This document shows positions 1-20,425 of a stretch of DNA of 64,000 nucleotides, piece by piece (the stretch's first letter is position 1; the number at the start of each line of letters is the position of its first letter). Source of the stretch: the human T2T-CHM13v2.0 reference genome, Homo sapiens; NCBI RefSeq assembly GCF_009914755.1, contig NC_060935.1. One strand, written 5' to 3'. The notes under the pieces were generated by a model that worked only from the letters and a program-made list of their open reading frames with translations, searched no databases and was not told the DNA's origin. A program made the position numbers and the translations under genes.

Positions 1-122
1 CTCTCCAGCTTCAGGGAATTGTTTCAGGCCCTTCCCTTTTAAGCCTAGAAGTAACAATTACCGCCCCACCACATCCCAATTAGCCAGGGGTACAGCACTT
101 TGCTTAAAGCTTAGTCACTCTT

Positions 123-885
<763 letters not shown>

Positions 886-1249
886 AGCAACACGCTTTTA
901 CCGCTGCAAATCCGGATCAGGCAGGCTTTGAAGCCCAGCTCACAGGCCGTCTCTTGGAAACTAACTTAGATTTCCACCTGGGAGCACTTTGTCCTCTCAG
1001 CTCCCACTGCACCACTTTATGGATCGCGTGGTGACTCGTTTCATTTTATTTATGTGTGTTCCTGGAAAGGACGCTCTATTTCCCTCGTGTCTCTACCTGG
1101 TAGGTAAATCGGCCGCAGAAAAGACCAATGCTAACTCCACCCTGCATTTGCAGAGATCCGTCGCTCACACCTTTTCTTGTCTTCCGTTGAAAAAAGAGAA
1201 TCGTGGGAGTAGGACCTATTTGCCAATCTCCTGGTAACACTATCACAAC

Positions 1250-1720
1250 TGGCCACTTCCGCCCAACGCCCGGTAGTCTGAGAGCCTCCAAGGTCCTCCC
1301 CCGCACCCCTGAGGTCCTGCAGACGACGGCGTCGTGGGTGGTCACCGTTATCCCTTAGGTCTGGAGAGGGGACATCCGAGCGAGGGCCACTTGCGGCCAG
1401 GCCCGAGCTCGTCCAGCTCCGGGTGACCACAGAGTGCCGCGGGCGGGCAGAGGGGCCGGAAACCCAGGCCGCTTCGTCCCTGTTTCCGGCAGCGCCGCGC
1501 TGCTCCGGGAGCCGCTGTGGCAGCGTATGCTGCCACGGGGACTGAAGATGGCGCCGCGAGGTGAGATTCCGGAGGTGTGTGAGTCGCTGGTCCCTTTCCC
1601 TTCGGTCGCTCCCTCCCACCTCTGTCCCAGAGCTTGACCTAAACCCTCCATTCTCTAGCGTTAGGGACGTCGCGCCTCCCTGGTCCAAAGCCGGCTTCCG
1701 CGGTCCCGCCCACCCTGGGT
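1250..1720. promoter_or_regulatory. TMEM216: CpG-island promoter of TMEM216
   Basis: GC/CpG-rich stretch around the ATG at 1527. Contains ETS cores (CACTTCCG 1254-1261, CCGGAAA 1456-1462, TTTCCGG 1483-1489), a GC box GGGCGG near 1441, a YY1-like AAGATGGCG at 1545-1553 and, just upstream, an X-box-like ATCTCCTGGTAAC at 1226-1238. Confidence 0.85.
1527..1560 (+). CDS. TMEM216: TMEM216 coding exon 1 (MLPRGLKMAPR/G)
   Basis: ATG at 1527, second in-frame ATG at 1548, donor GAG|gtgaga at 1560/1561. The peptide matches the TMEM216 N-terminus. Confidence 0.95.
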
Positions 1721-2125
1721 GCCTGAAGGTCTCAAGGTGCACAGCTCAAATAAACGCAGATCCTTGGCTGGGCCACTTCTAGGCTGGCTCAGGTGCGAAT
1801 CTGTTGGTCTCTGCGCCCCAACTTCCCCTCCCAAATAGTGACAGAGTGAGATCTTTGAGATGTCTGTCAGCTGCGAGTTACCTCTTGACTTTTATTCCTG
1901 AAGCCGAAGAGTCGAGTTTCACGGTGATTCCTAGGAAAGGAGGGAAGCCCCCTCCACTCCCACCCCCGTACCCTCGCCCCCTCATTATCAGCAACCAGAA
2001 GTGCCCCTGAGTGGCCGGTCCCATTAGTTGCAGCGTCTAGTTTCCCCAAAGTTAGACACCAACCCATACGAGCAGAGAGGGAGCTGCCTTCCGGCCCATC
2101 CCACTTCTCTGTGCTCCTTTTTCAG

Positions 2126-2227
2126 GTAAACGGTTGTCCTCCACCCCGCTGGAAATCCTGTTCTTTCTGAACGGGTGGTATAATGCTACCTATTTCCTGC
2201 TGGAACTTTTCATATTTCTGTATAAAG
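2126..2227 (+). CDS. TMEM216: TMEM216 exon 2 (KRLSSTPLEILFFLNGWYNATYFLLELFIFLYK)
   Basis: Acceptor ttttcag|GT, donor AAG|gtaagg, 102 nt, phase 1-1, encodes a hydrophobic TM segment. Confidence 0.97.
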
Positions 2228-2778
2228 GTAAGGAAGGCTTGGGGCTTGACGACAGCATCCCTTCCCCACTTCAGCTCAGAGCCAATTCCTACCAAGAACC
2301 TTCTTATTTTCCGTTCTTTTCTGCCCCCTGCAGTTCTTTGTCGCTGCAAGGCAGGCCTCCTCATCAGATGGCTTCTTTGAGTATGATTCCATAGGCAGCC
2401 CCTCAGCAAGAATTTCTTGAGTTTGAGAAATGTGGGCTTCTCCATTCTGACTCTGCCCACATCACTGCTCTTTGCTGAGCTCCACTGTAAGCCCACTGGT
2501 GACCCTTAGAAACTATTCAGTGGCCTGTGTACCCATGTACATCCAATCATTTTGGAGAGTGGAGTCCCCAGAGACTTTTGGAGTTAGGAGTAAAACACCA
2601 TAATAATGAGCCTGAGTCGCATTGTGAGTTTATGTATCCTGCTGCTGTAATAATGCCCACATCTCACTAACTAGTTCATGGAAAGCTGAGACTGATGTCC
2701 TCTTTTTTCCCAAGTGTGTGGCAGTTCTTGTGGGTGCTGTTATATGCTGTTTGCAAACTCTGGCTTTTGTATTGGCAG

Positions 2779-2871
2779 GTGTCCTGCTACCATATCCAAC
2801 AGCTAACCTAGTACTGGATGTGGTGATGCTCCTCCTTTATCTTGGAATTGAAGTAATTCGCCTGTTTTTTG
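2779..2871 (+). CDS. TMEM216: TMEM216 exon 3 (GVLLPYPTANLVLDVVMLLLYLGIEVIRLFF)
   Basis: Acceptor ggcag|GT, donor TTG|gtaagt, 93 nt. Codon 73 (2859-2861) is CGC = Arg. Confidence 0.97.
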
Positions 2872-3159
2872 GTAAGTGTTGTCCAGAGAATATTTCCACT
2901 CCTTATGAGACAAGCTGGTATCTGTAACTTGATTAACAAGAAAAGTACATAACCTAGGTTGACTATCATAGACTGGATCTGTATATCCTATTACTCCGTC
3001 TCTGAAGTTTCAAGTTGCTGCTTCATACATTGGGTCAAGATTTACCTGTTTGTTGCTCTGTAAGGCTAGAGATGGGCAATAGAATGGGATATTAGATGAT
3101 TCCTTCCCAGCTGCCTAACTGCAAGAAGAGTGCTTGGTTCTTCTCACTAGTATTCTTAG

Positions 3160-6362
<3,203 letters not shown>

Positions 6363-6669
6363 ATTGAAAATTTTTAAATGATTATATATTATTTTTATAA
6401 TTAAAAATTTTGTTTTTCCCAAATAAAGATCCCATTGTCCCTTGAGTGGGAACCAGACTGGAAGCAGGACCTCTGGATTAAGTGACTTTAATCTTGTAGC
6501 TCTCCTAAGCCTCAAACTTTTAGTACAGTGGGACCCCATTTATAAATCTGCACACCCCCACTCAGGATTATTTTTTGTGCCTTGCCATTCCATCACATCT
6601 CCCACGCCTTTCCCCTGGGCCAGGAAAAGCAGACCATTTGGAGATGACTCCATGGGCTGTGTCTGACAG

Positions 6670-6871
6670 GTACAAAGGGAAACCTCTGCCAGCGAAAGAT
6701 GCCACTCAGTATTAGCGTGGCCTTGACCTTCCCATCTGCCATGATGGCCTCCTATTACCTGCTGCTGCAGACCTACGTACTCCGCCTGGAAGCCATCATG
6801 AATGGCATCTTGCTCTTCTTCTGTGGCTCAGAGCTTTTACTTGAGGTGCTCACCTTGGCTGCTTTCTCCAG
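6670..6871 (+). CDS. TMEM216: TMEM216 exon 4 (GTKGNLCQRKMPLSISVALTFPSAMMASYYLLLQTYVLRLEAIMNGILLFFCGSELLLEVLTLAAFS)
   Basis: Acceptor gacag|GT, donor CAG|gtactg, 202 nt. Overlaps ORF 6699..6884. Confidence 0.97.
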
Positions 6872-7157
6872 GTACTGCTGCTGAGGGACCATTTCTCATC
6901 ACTAGAGGGTTGGGTTCCCATCCCAGGGAGGGATTCAGTATTCTTCTGAAGCCTAAGGGGTCTAGAAGACTTTTTTCTAGAGGGAGGAAGGGGTGGCTAT
7001 GGGATTGCCTTTCCTGTTTAGGGTAGGTAGATCGTTTCCCACTCAGGGAAGATACTCTCCCTATCCTTTGGGGCCAGGAGGCTTGGAATATAGAACAGTC
7101 GAGGCCAGCTGCTCTCATTCACTGGTCTTTTAACATTTTCTTTCTTTCTGCCATCAG

Positions 7158-7173
7158 TATGGACACGATTTGA
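7158..7173 (+). CDS. TMEM216: TMEM216 exon 5 coding part (S-MDTI-stop); 148-aa form
   Basis: Polypyrimidine tract then ccatcag|T ATG GAC ACG ATT TGA. Total CDS 34+102+93+202+16=447 nt = 148 aa + stop. Confidence 0.88.
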
Positions 7174-7721
7174 AGTACAGAATTTCAGCCAGCAGCCCAT
7201 CAGGCTGACACCACACATATTGCTTCTGGTACTTTAGCCACACCAGTGAGAATTGGTGGGGCAAGTTGTCCTGAGAAAGGCTGTGTGGCTTTTCTTCAGC
7301 ACAGACATTTGGGCAAGCAACTCAGCATAAGGCCAGTGGGTACCATCTTCTAAACCAGGACCATCAGCCCAAGAGACTCTTCTACACTCCAGTATAGGGA
7401 GGGGCAAGGTTATTCCCATCCTGCCCCTTCTCAGAACCAGTCCCCTGCTGACCTCAAGTTCTCCTCCTTGATCACCGTGGCCAGAGCATCTCGTGTGGAC
7501 CATCTAGGCTCCTTGGGCTTCAAGCAGGACCTGAGCCACATGCTCCCTGTACGAGCTGTGCTATACCTGTCCCACATGAGCACGGAGAGCCTCATGTTGG
7601 TGGGTTTCCAGAGTGATGTGAAAGCCTCTCACCCCAATCCTCGGAGACTGAGTTCCACAACTTTTTTAGTAGCTCATAGTGTTATTTTTCTACTCTCTTC
7701 ATGAAACTAACTTTATTTTAT

Positions 7722-7727
7722 AATAAA
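7722..7727 (+). terminator. TMEM216: TMEM216 poly(A) signal AATAAA
   Basis: AATAAA about 550 nt after the stop, followed by the T/GT-rich sequence TTTTCTGTTGTGGGGGTT. Confidence 0.8.
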
Positions 7728-8086
7728 TATATATTTTCTGTTGTGGGGGTTGCAGCCTTTCCTTATGGCACCTGTCCCTAGAATTCATCCACTCCAAGAG
7801 AGGGTCATGACTATCCCAGCAGTTTGTTCTCAGGAGCTTTGCTTAGTGATACAGTGTGGACAAAAGGCAGTGATGACCACTGATTTTCTTCCCCAAGCTG
7901 CAGCCTAAATTAAACCCTAAATGCACTGCCATCCTCTGTATCTTCAAGTCTCTCGTCATGCAAAAGACTGCTTATTTGCTTCACTCTGCCCCAAAGTCAG
8001 CATCTTGTCTCACTCCTCTTACAGATAATTGTTAGCTTTTTTCCAGTGGGCCATGTGAAACTGGAAGAAGCATATTCTAAACTAAC

Positions 8087-9025
<939 letters not shown>

Positions 9026-11549
9026 TTTTGAGTCAACATAAAAGGAACACTTTTTTTTTTTTTTAAGCTGGAGAACTGTCACTCTAGATCAATGTATACT
9101 TTCTTTCTCCAAGTAAGCATCTTTAAAATTATTCCTCATTTCCTTGGTAGTGGCCATGTTTTTTAATTCCAAGAAGCCACGAGGAGCCATGACGGAATCC
9201 ACTTCAGAAAACCTTGAGGCTCTTCTGTTTTCAGATGAATCCTAGATTATCTGCTCTTACTCGAAGTAAAATGTAACTTTAAGCATTCTATGCTGGCTTT
9301 AACTCTTACTTTCTATGATCAAGCTCATTCTTATCCTGAGGGGCTCTGCTGTCCAAAGCACTGATGTTTTTTCTTGTTTCCTACCCCTTCTGTGCCCTTG
9401 CCTCCCAGTTGCCCTTGGGGACTATCCAAAAACCAGAGTAGACAGGTCTAATCAGCCATGACACAGTAACAAAACCTTCAATAGGAACTGCCCTGATAAT
9501 TACAAATCCCACTAATACCAATTTTCTGCTACTTTCTCCCTGTGTTGAAGAAATCGCTGGTATCAAACTGGAAGAGAGCCCATTCTGTATGGCCTATTTA
9601 GAGGTTCACTGGTTAAGCTCACTGCCACAGCAATATAAATGATTGGAAGGCTCAATTGGAAGTTGAAGGGTGCCTTATAAAATCCATTAGAATTTAAAGA
9701 CCTATTTTAGAGATGAACCAAGTCTTACCCCCGACTTTGCAGGCTTAGAGATGAGAAGTGACATAACCAGCACCACACATCTGGTTATTAACAGGTGGAA
9801 CTAGAAATCTTGCCTTAGGAGTCTGTCTGGATCAAGGAAATTCCATTTCCTCATACTTGAGAATGAGGATGATGGTTGAAAATGAGGCTGTGATTAGGAA
9901 TAGGAAGTCCTCTCATTTACTGGGTGGTTATGTGGAAGTTTAGTGCATTGTGCTTCCTGTGGGTTGCGTGATAAATGTTCATTTTTCCTGATGCTTGTTG
10001 GAACCACCTGTGTAGATGCAGTTAGTCACATAATTAGGACATACAACAGAAACTGAGGCAGTGGAGGCCTGGCACAGTGGCTTACACTTGTGATCCCAAC
10101 ATTTTGGGATCACAGAAATCAGTGTAGCTAGTCTTTCAGATTTATCGTGGCCAGAGGCTGTGCTCACTAGAGTCAAGGGAAGCTGCTTTACAGTCCACAC
10201 AGAGCTGGAGGTACCAAAATTCTGGGACAGTGGAGAGAACTGAGCAAAGCAACAGGCCCTGGTCATAAGCTTGGCAGAGGCCTGCTCAGCTACTCACACT
10301 CATGGCTAGAACCAGCAAGTGACTGCAGTGGTCTCGCCCAGTTTAGGAAGCATTTAGGGCAGATTGATTCTAGCTCCATACCATGGCAGCAGCTTGTGGA
10401 GACTACTAATCATCCAGTGCCTGGCAAAGTGTATTTCATTCATATAATGATCCTATGAGGCAGAAGGAAATTAATCAGATGTTAAGTCATGTGTCCAAGG
10501 GCATTCAGCTTAGAAATGGAACTGGGATTTGAACCTAGAGTAACCATAAAATCCTTCCTTTTCTACACCACCATGGTACCTCCTAGATGAAGCTGAATTT
10601 TGCCTCTAAGCTACTAGTCCTCACAATTTAGTTTACAAGTCATCTGGGGCATAAAAACCAGACACCTAGACCTTATGTAGAGATTGCTACAGCACAGGAA
10701 CAGGTGTCTTAGCAAGCATGACGTACAACTAAGATGTGGGTTACCATGGAACCCAATTTGAAAGTAATAGTTTTACATTCTAAGGTATTCCAACTATTTT
10801 TTTTCCTTAAGTTTCACATCTTGATAGACCCTCTACGGAATCTCTTCTCCTAAAGCTTGTTTTTACAGTGATCTTGCCATTCCTGGTACCATACACATTA
10901 TCATCTGGTCTGTGGTTCACTTTTTTTTTTAAATCATTGAACCCTCCTTCACCTGGCTTTTTAAAGCCAAAAGCTTTTCTGGAGCCCCAAGATCACCCAC
11001 ACTATGTACTTCCTCATATTTAGGCAGTTTACAAAACATTCACATTTGTTATCTCTGACTCTTAAAACATCCCTGTGTAGAAGGCACAACAGCTATTATT
11101 TTCATTTTGTAGGTGAAAAAGACCAGGGTTACACTGCTTGTCCATATTTAGATAAACAGGTGGTAAACTAGGCACTACCAGTCAGATCTTCTAACTCCTA
11201 TCAAAGGATTCTTCCCTTCCTGAACTTGATACTGGAATTTAACTGCACAAGGTAGAACATTTGCTCTGAAAATAAGTCTTAGGAATCTTGAAGGGTAAAG
11301 GATAACTTAGAAGTTTTCTTTAACCAGCTGTTTAGATGGCCAAGGAAAAAAGCTAAACCTTAAGGGATGCCTCCAAAGGTTTGCATTAGAGGTCTCTTAG
11401 GAGGCTTTCCACAGTCAACTAAAGCCATGTATCACTGCCTGACATGCAATCCTAGCTAAGAACTTGGCATTTCACCATCATTCGAGTGTCTACATCAGCC
11501 CATGCCCATGCCCCAGACACCTCAACAAATCTATTCAATGCAGAATCCA

Positions 11550-13602
11550 TAAAACAGCTCACACCCCATTTATTATTTAAAAATATTTTGTTACAAAAGG
11601 AAAAAAATACAATGCAGTATAAAAGATTGACAGCGTCATCAAGTTTATTACACAATTTTCAACCTATCAGAAAGACAAACAAATCACCGACAACAGGGGG
11701 ACGGGACCTTGGCCTTTTTGAGGGATGGGTGTTTTTTTTCCTTTTGCTATCAGGAAATAAAACTAAAAATGGTGTCATTGAGTAAAAACAAAACAAATGG
11801 GGAGAAAAAAATTCTCCGGGTAAACGGCATTTCTGGTATTCTATATATATTTTTCCTTAAACTGTCACCTTTTCTCTACATTTTAAAAGACACCCGGAGT
11901 TGCTCTCAATAAGCACATCACTTAACACTTGGCCAGTTGGGTGGGGTGCCATGTTCTGAAGTGGAGGTGGGGATGGGGTTGGGGGACAGGGGAAAAAAAG
12001 CTCCAACCTGTAGCCTCTGTCCCAAGGGAATGTGCCTCTCCAATCCTGCGGGGGACTCCCTCAGTGACTGAGGGCTATATGAGAAACGTGCTGGGAACAG
12101 AGGACGGGTTTAGTCCAATTCAGTCTCTCTCCTCTGACCCAGAAGGGTCTCTAGTGACCCTATGTCTCACATGCCAAGTCTCATCTCACATGCCACGTCT
12201 CATGTTAGGTGTCAGATGCCCTGTAGATGCATGCAGAAGTAGCATCACCCCATGGGTACCGCAGGACCTCGCTGCTGCCTCCTCCTTCAGCAGCAACCAC
12301 ATTACAATTTGGATGTTATGGAAAAGCAATTCCATTTGCCTGTAGAGAAAATGGCCCCCAGAATGCTGGTCCTTAGAACTCTGAGCTGAGTTCATTCAAG
12401 TCGGGCTCTGTTTCTTCTGGCTCCTCATCTGAGGCAGGAAGTATCTCCAGGCAGAGTGAGAGGAGCTATTAAGTCAACAGTCAAAAGGTGAAAAGACACC
12501 AAATTTGTGACTTTACCTGCCTACTAGTGCCAGGTTATCCCACAATAAGTAAAAGTATGTACCTGGGGGATGTAAGCCCATGCTTACATCAAACCTGAAA
12601 AAAGAAAAGCCTATGGAAGTAGGCCATATCCTGCCCAACTTGCTTCTTTCCCCATTCCTCCTGGTTACTTCACAAGGGTTCTTCATTGCTGAGGTCCCAA
12701 TGTCCCCATCTCCCAATGGGCAGTACCTTCCTCTAAAACAAGGAAGTAGCCTTCTGGGGGAAGGGCTCCATGTGTTAAATGGAAAAGCCCCAGGGAAAGG
12801 GAACAACTAAGAGCTGGTTATTGCAAGAGGTACCCAAGCACTAAGCAGCAGAGGGTGGTAATTGGCTCTGCCAGGCTTCCCAGCAGCAAGCAACCTCATA
12901 GGCCTTCTCTGCTTAGGAGGGGCAAGTCCACTGAGAAGGCTGGGCAGCGCAGAGTTGAAAGAGTTCAGCCCTCTGGGAGGTCAAAGAAATAAACCGTCAA
13001 TACGTGAGAGGGAAAGCAGGAACAGAAGTAGCTTTTCATAAGGTAATTTCTGTTCTCATGGTCCCTCCTCAAAGGGCTGGAAAGGTAAAGGAGTTAAACA
13101 AAGAAGTGGTATGTTAGCAAGGGGTTTGGACCCTCTTGGCCCCATTAAATCTAGTGCTGAGGGCAGGACCCTGGGCATATTTTGGCACACCCAGTCACTC
13201 TCCTAGATCCTGCATGGAGGATCTATTTTCTTTGGGAAGGAAGTCTTCCCATCAACCTCACCATTGAACGGCTCCCGGAGAATCAGAAACTCATACGTTT
13301 TCTTGGACAAAGCACCATTCTCTATGGAGACCAGGGGCCTGGACATGTTTTCTTCCTGTCTGCCACCCCTCCCAATCACACGAAGTCTTTAGGTTCTTTC
13401 CCCTGGCAAACAGGAGGTGTGGGATTGGGAGGACTGCCAAGCAGTCTTCAATCCTGTGGGGCAGAGGGTATTCCCTGGGTGTCTGGAGGGAGTTAGGGGT
13501 TTGGAGGAAAGGGAAGGGGGTGGGGCGGCCTCCGTCCTTTAGTCCTGATCAAGGTGAGGAGATGCAAGTCCATTAAAAAAACATTTGCTTCCAACCAGAC
13601 TC
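11550..13602 (-). other. CPSF7: CPSF7 exon 10 (entirely 3'UTR, ~2 kb)
   Basis: Minus-strand acceptor ttctcattgcag|GAGTCTGG at 13603/13602. Repeat-free, ends near AATAAA at 11574-11569. The 3' end is approximate. Confidence 0.85.
11569..11649 (-). terminator. CPSF7: CPSF7 poly(A) signals (AATAAA at 11574-11569 and 11649-11644) with nearby UGUA elements
   Basis: Plus-strand TTTATT at 11569 and 11644. TACA (UGUA on the mRNA) at 11592, 11608 and 11649. Confidence 0.8.
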
Positions 13603-15634
13603 CTGCAATGAGAACATCAGAAGAAAAGAAAGAAAACACAAGTTAGAGGTTACTTTCTGAATGACAGGGGCTTATATAAAACACACATATTCTAACGCTA
13701 CAACATAAGAAGTAAGGAATGCAGACAGAGAATGCAAGTCTGGGAAAACAAAGCAGGACTGTCTGACACTAGAAGTGGTGAGGAATGGCTGGAGGAGAAG
13801 CTACTGTGAGTAGAGAGAAAAAAAGCAGTGACATCCACTATAAAGATTCGGTGAAAAAACAGAACAAAATGAGGTCTCTGAACGTTCGACTGAAAAGGAG
13901 ACTTTGGCTGCAAAAGTATGGAAACTGTGACATATTTCAAGAAAAGTTGCTAAAAGGGAATAAGGTGAGTTTAAATATAGGTTAAGAAGTCTATTCTGTG
14001 CAAGTCATAGCTTACCTTAAGGGGAGGGGGAAAAATCTGGAAATGGGAGGTTTAGTGGTAAGAAAACAAGTATGTACACAACCAAATCCATTAATCCCCA
14101 AACACCCAAGAGGCCCTAGCAGGCAGGATGCACATACACAGGAAACTCTTAAATCCTTCTTTTTTCTTTTTAAAGGAGTCCTGGCTAAAAGTGCCTTTAT
14201 GAGTATGTGTGTACACAAACACAGCCCCAGAGGTTTTCCAAGTGTACTAAAACTCGAGATTTTAAGTCTTTCCTCGCATGACAGCCATAGGTGAGGAACC
14301 AGGAAACATACTAACACTAAGCAGGAGTCACGTGGCCAGGCCAGAACAGAAAGCAGAGCATGGAAGAAACCTAAATGCAGTTAAGAAGTTTTACCCAAAA
14401 GGGTCTATTAAGCCACCTGTCACATGGCCACCAAACAAAGTTCCTACTATACTCAGCACCTGTTCCAATGCTGCAATACCCATCTGCGGGTGGTGGTATG
14501 GTCAGTCTGAGCATATTAAACAGAATTAATAGCCAAAGGGAAAATGAGGAATTAGAATTTCTCCTAATGCCCAAACTGGCAACACAGCCTACGCACAAAT
14601 GTTTACCTTTTATATAACTACTTCTGTAAAGTGGCCTTATAAAACCTAGAGGAGACATCTACGTCCTCCCTGATCCTTGTACACACCGAAATGACACTAT
14701 TTTCAGCTTGGGTCCTCAGAATCTATATGGCCTAAGCCTTCCTGGCCTGTCTAAACACCTATGCAGGCTGGTATTTGTCCCATTTTCTCTAAGGGAAAAC
14801 TGAAGCCCTCAGTGCACTCAATTACATACCATTAGGGCTTCTGAATCTTTGAATTCGATCCAAATTGAAGAGAAAGCTCAGTTTTCAATGGATAACGAGG
14901 ACAGGAATGACGTGAGAATGACTATATTTCAAGTAGGATAATGTCCTAAAATAATGAGATAACTGACATAGTTGAGAACTACAAAAAGTTGAAGACACAG
15001 GTTGCAGAGGATAACTTGTACACCAAGAGAAGCAAGCCACAGCACTGAATTCTTAAATCTCCATGGCTACATTTTGGTGCCAATGTTGGAATGCAGGCAG
15101 AAATCAGAGATTCCTTCAAGTGGGCCAATTAGCCTTCAGGCCCCAGAACTGGGTCTTACGCCGAGAAAAGATGGACAAAGAAGGCTACTGTTCTATTGCT
15201 GCCTCTGGACAAAATGTACCTTTCACTCTCAGGGAACAGCTGTCATCATAGAATATAAATATGATTCATTTCTAACTAAAAGGTTGCTATAAATGAGGAC
15301 CATGTACCATCTTCCCAACATGAAACTTCCTAAGCCATAACTTGGTCACTACAGATGGAATTAAGAGTCCTTAGGGTGAGAATGTAAGAAATTGACATTC
15401 TTGGGGTGCCTGATTCAGTTCTTTCAGACTATTATTCAGATGCAATAACCACTATATCAAACGGGTGACCAGGAAAAGTGAGGAAGTAGAAAACCTGCCT
15501 CAGAGTTAATTTTTCCCATCTTGTCATGGGCCTACACAAGTCAAATGACTGTTTTCTAGGCAATATTGTTACAGCATTTTCAAAGTTACCAAAAGAGAGT
15601 TATCCTCATAATGGGAGAAATAGTCTCATCTTAT

Positions 15635-19280
<3,646 letters not shown>

Positions 19281-19839
19281 TAATTCTTAAAATCATTAAT
19301 GTTGCAGCTTGAAAACTAAGTGGCAATGGCTTTACTATTCTTAGTCAATTTTCCTAATTTAAATTGAAAGTTCATAATGATAATAACAATGGCTATTAAT
19401 TATTGAGAACTTACTATGTGACAGGTACCATGAGTGCTAAATGGTCTACATGGACTCTCTCACTAAAACTTAGCAAGTCACTGGGACAGTTGCTTTTATT
19501 ATCTTCATTTACAAATGAAACTGTGGAACAGAAAGTAATATGGCCAATTATTAGTGGAGAAACTGGGATTCAAATTGGTACCTGAATGCAGACACCATAC
19601 TCTCACTCAGATACCAGGTTAAGGCAGTCAAGAAACAAGCAGAAACAGCTGAATCTCAGGGTAAGACTCCCCATAAATGTGCAGAAAATCTGCCCTGAAA
19701 TTCCAGTTATGTAAATCAGAAGTTCCCCCTACCCTTGCTGCATTTACTTTTGCTTTAAAGAGAGAGAATTCTTCACTATAAATCTTTTTTTAATAAAAAA
19801 TCCCCCAGCAGCCAGGAACGGGGCTTCTCCCCACCTTTC

Positions 19840-20002
19840 TCAGTGGTGCCGGTCCCGTTCTCTATCCCGGTGTCTCTCATGCTCCCGGTTCCTTTCTTGG
19901 AAATAATCATCATGCCGATCTTCATTATGAAGCAGATCCCGGTGCCTCCTGCTGCTCTCCCGGGACCGGCTAGGTGACCTTTCCCGGGAGCGATGTCTTT
20001 TC
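19840..20002 (-). CDS. CPSF7: CPSF7 exon 9, RS/RE/RD-rich C-terminus and stop
   Basis: Acceptor ctaatag|GAAAAG. Encodes [22 protein letters not shown]...RERDRHH-TGA. The donor follows 5 nt after the stop (19835/19834). Confidence 0.97.
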
Positions 20003-20199
20003 CTATTAGAAAGATCCTTCAGCCTCACTCAGAAGGCCTACCACTTTCTTTCCAAGAATGTGGTGTTTTGGTGTCTTCTGATATTTGCCTAAACTATTCC
20101 TCTATTACTCTATCATGGGCCTGCTGTCTGAGGATTTTAGCTCTTTGAGGACTACTCTTTTTTGGGAAGATGATTAACAGGTAAATTTATCTGTTGAGA

Positions 20200-20425
20200 A
20201 CTAATTTATCAGGTGTAGTGCTAATAATTTTGTATGGATTATCTGACCTAATCTTTACAACAGGTCTGTAAGATAAATACTATCAGTGTCCCTTTTTTAG
20301 AAAATGAGAAAAATAAGGCTTGGAAAGTTGACTAACTTCCATACACAAGAAGGTCATACAGATAGTTAGCAGCAGAACTGGGATTCCAATCCAAGCTTGT
20401 AGGGCTCCAAAACCCATGTTCTTAA
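20200..20425 (+). mobile_element. MIR (other MIR remnants at ~10430-10540, 11060-11200, 19380-19600, 28500-28665, 45960-46085, 56170-56345, 56530-56720, 62460-62620)
   Basis: MIR core-like ATGAG(G)AAA..AGGCT..GAAAGTT.A.TAACTT...AAGGTCA.ACAG...GGATTC.AA.CCA. Confidence 0.7.

Noticed and set aside
1131-1742. 203-aa antisense ORF and other ORFs across the TMEM216 promoter
   Set aside because: Stop-poor GC-rich CpG-island sequence with no recognisable domain. A divergent non-coding transcript is possible but cannot be supported from sequence alone.
6872-6884. TMEM216 intron-4 read-through ending ...FSRYCC*
   Set aside because: Possible intron-retention C-terminus, but nothing in the sequence shows it is used.
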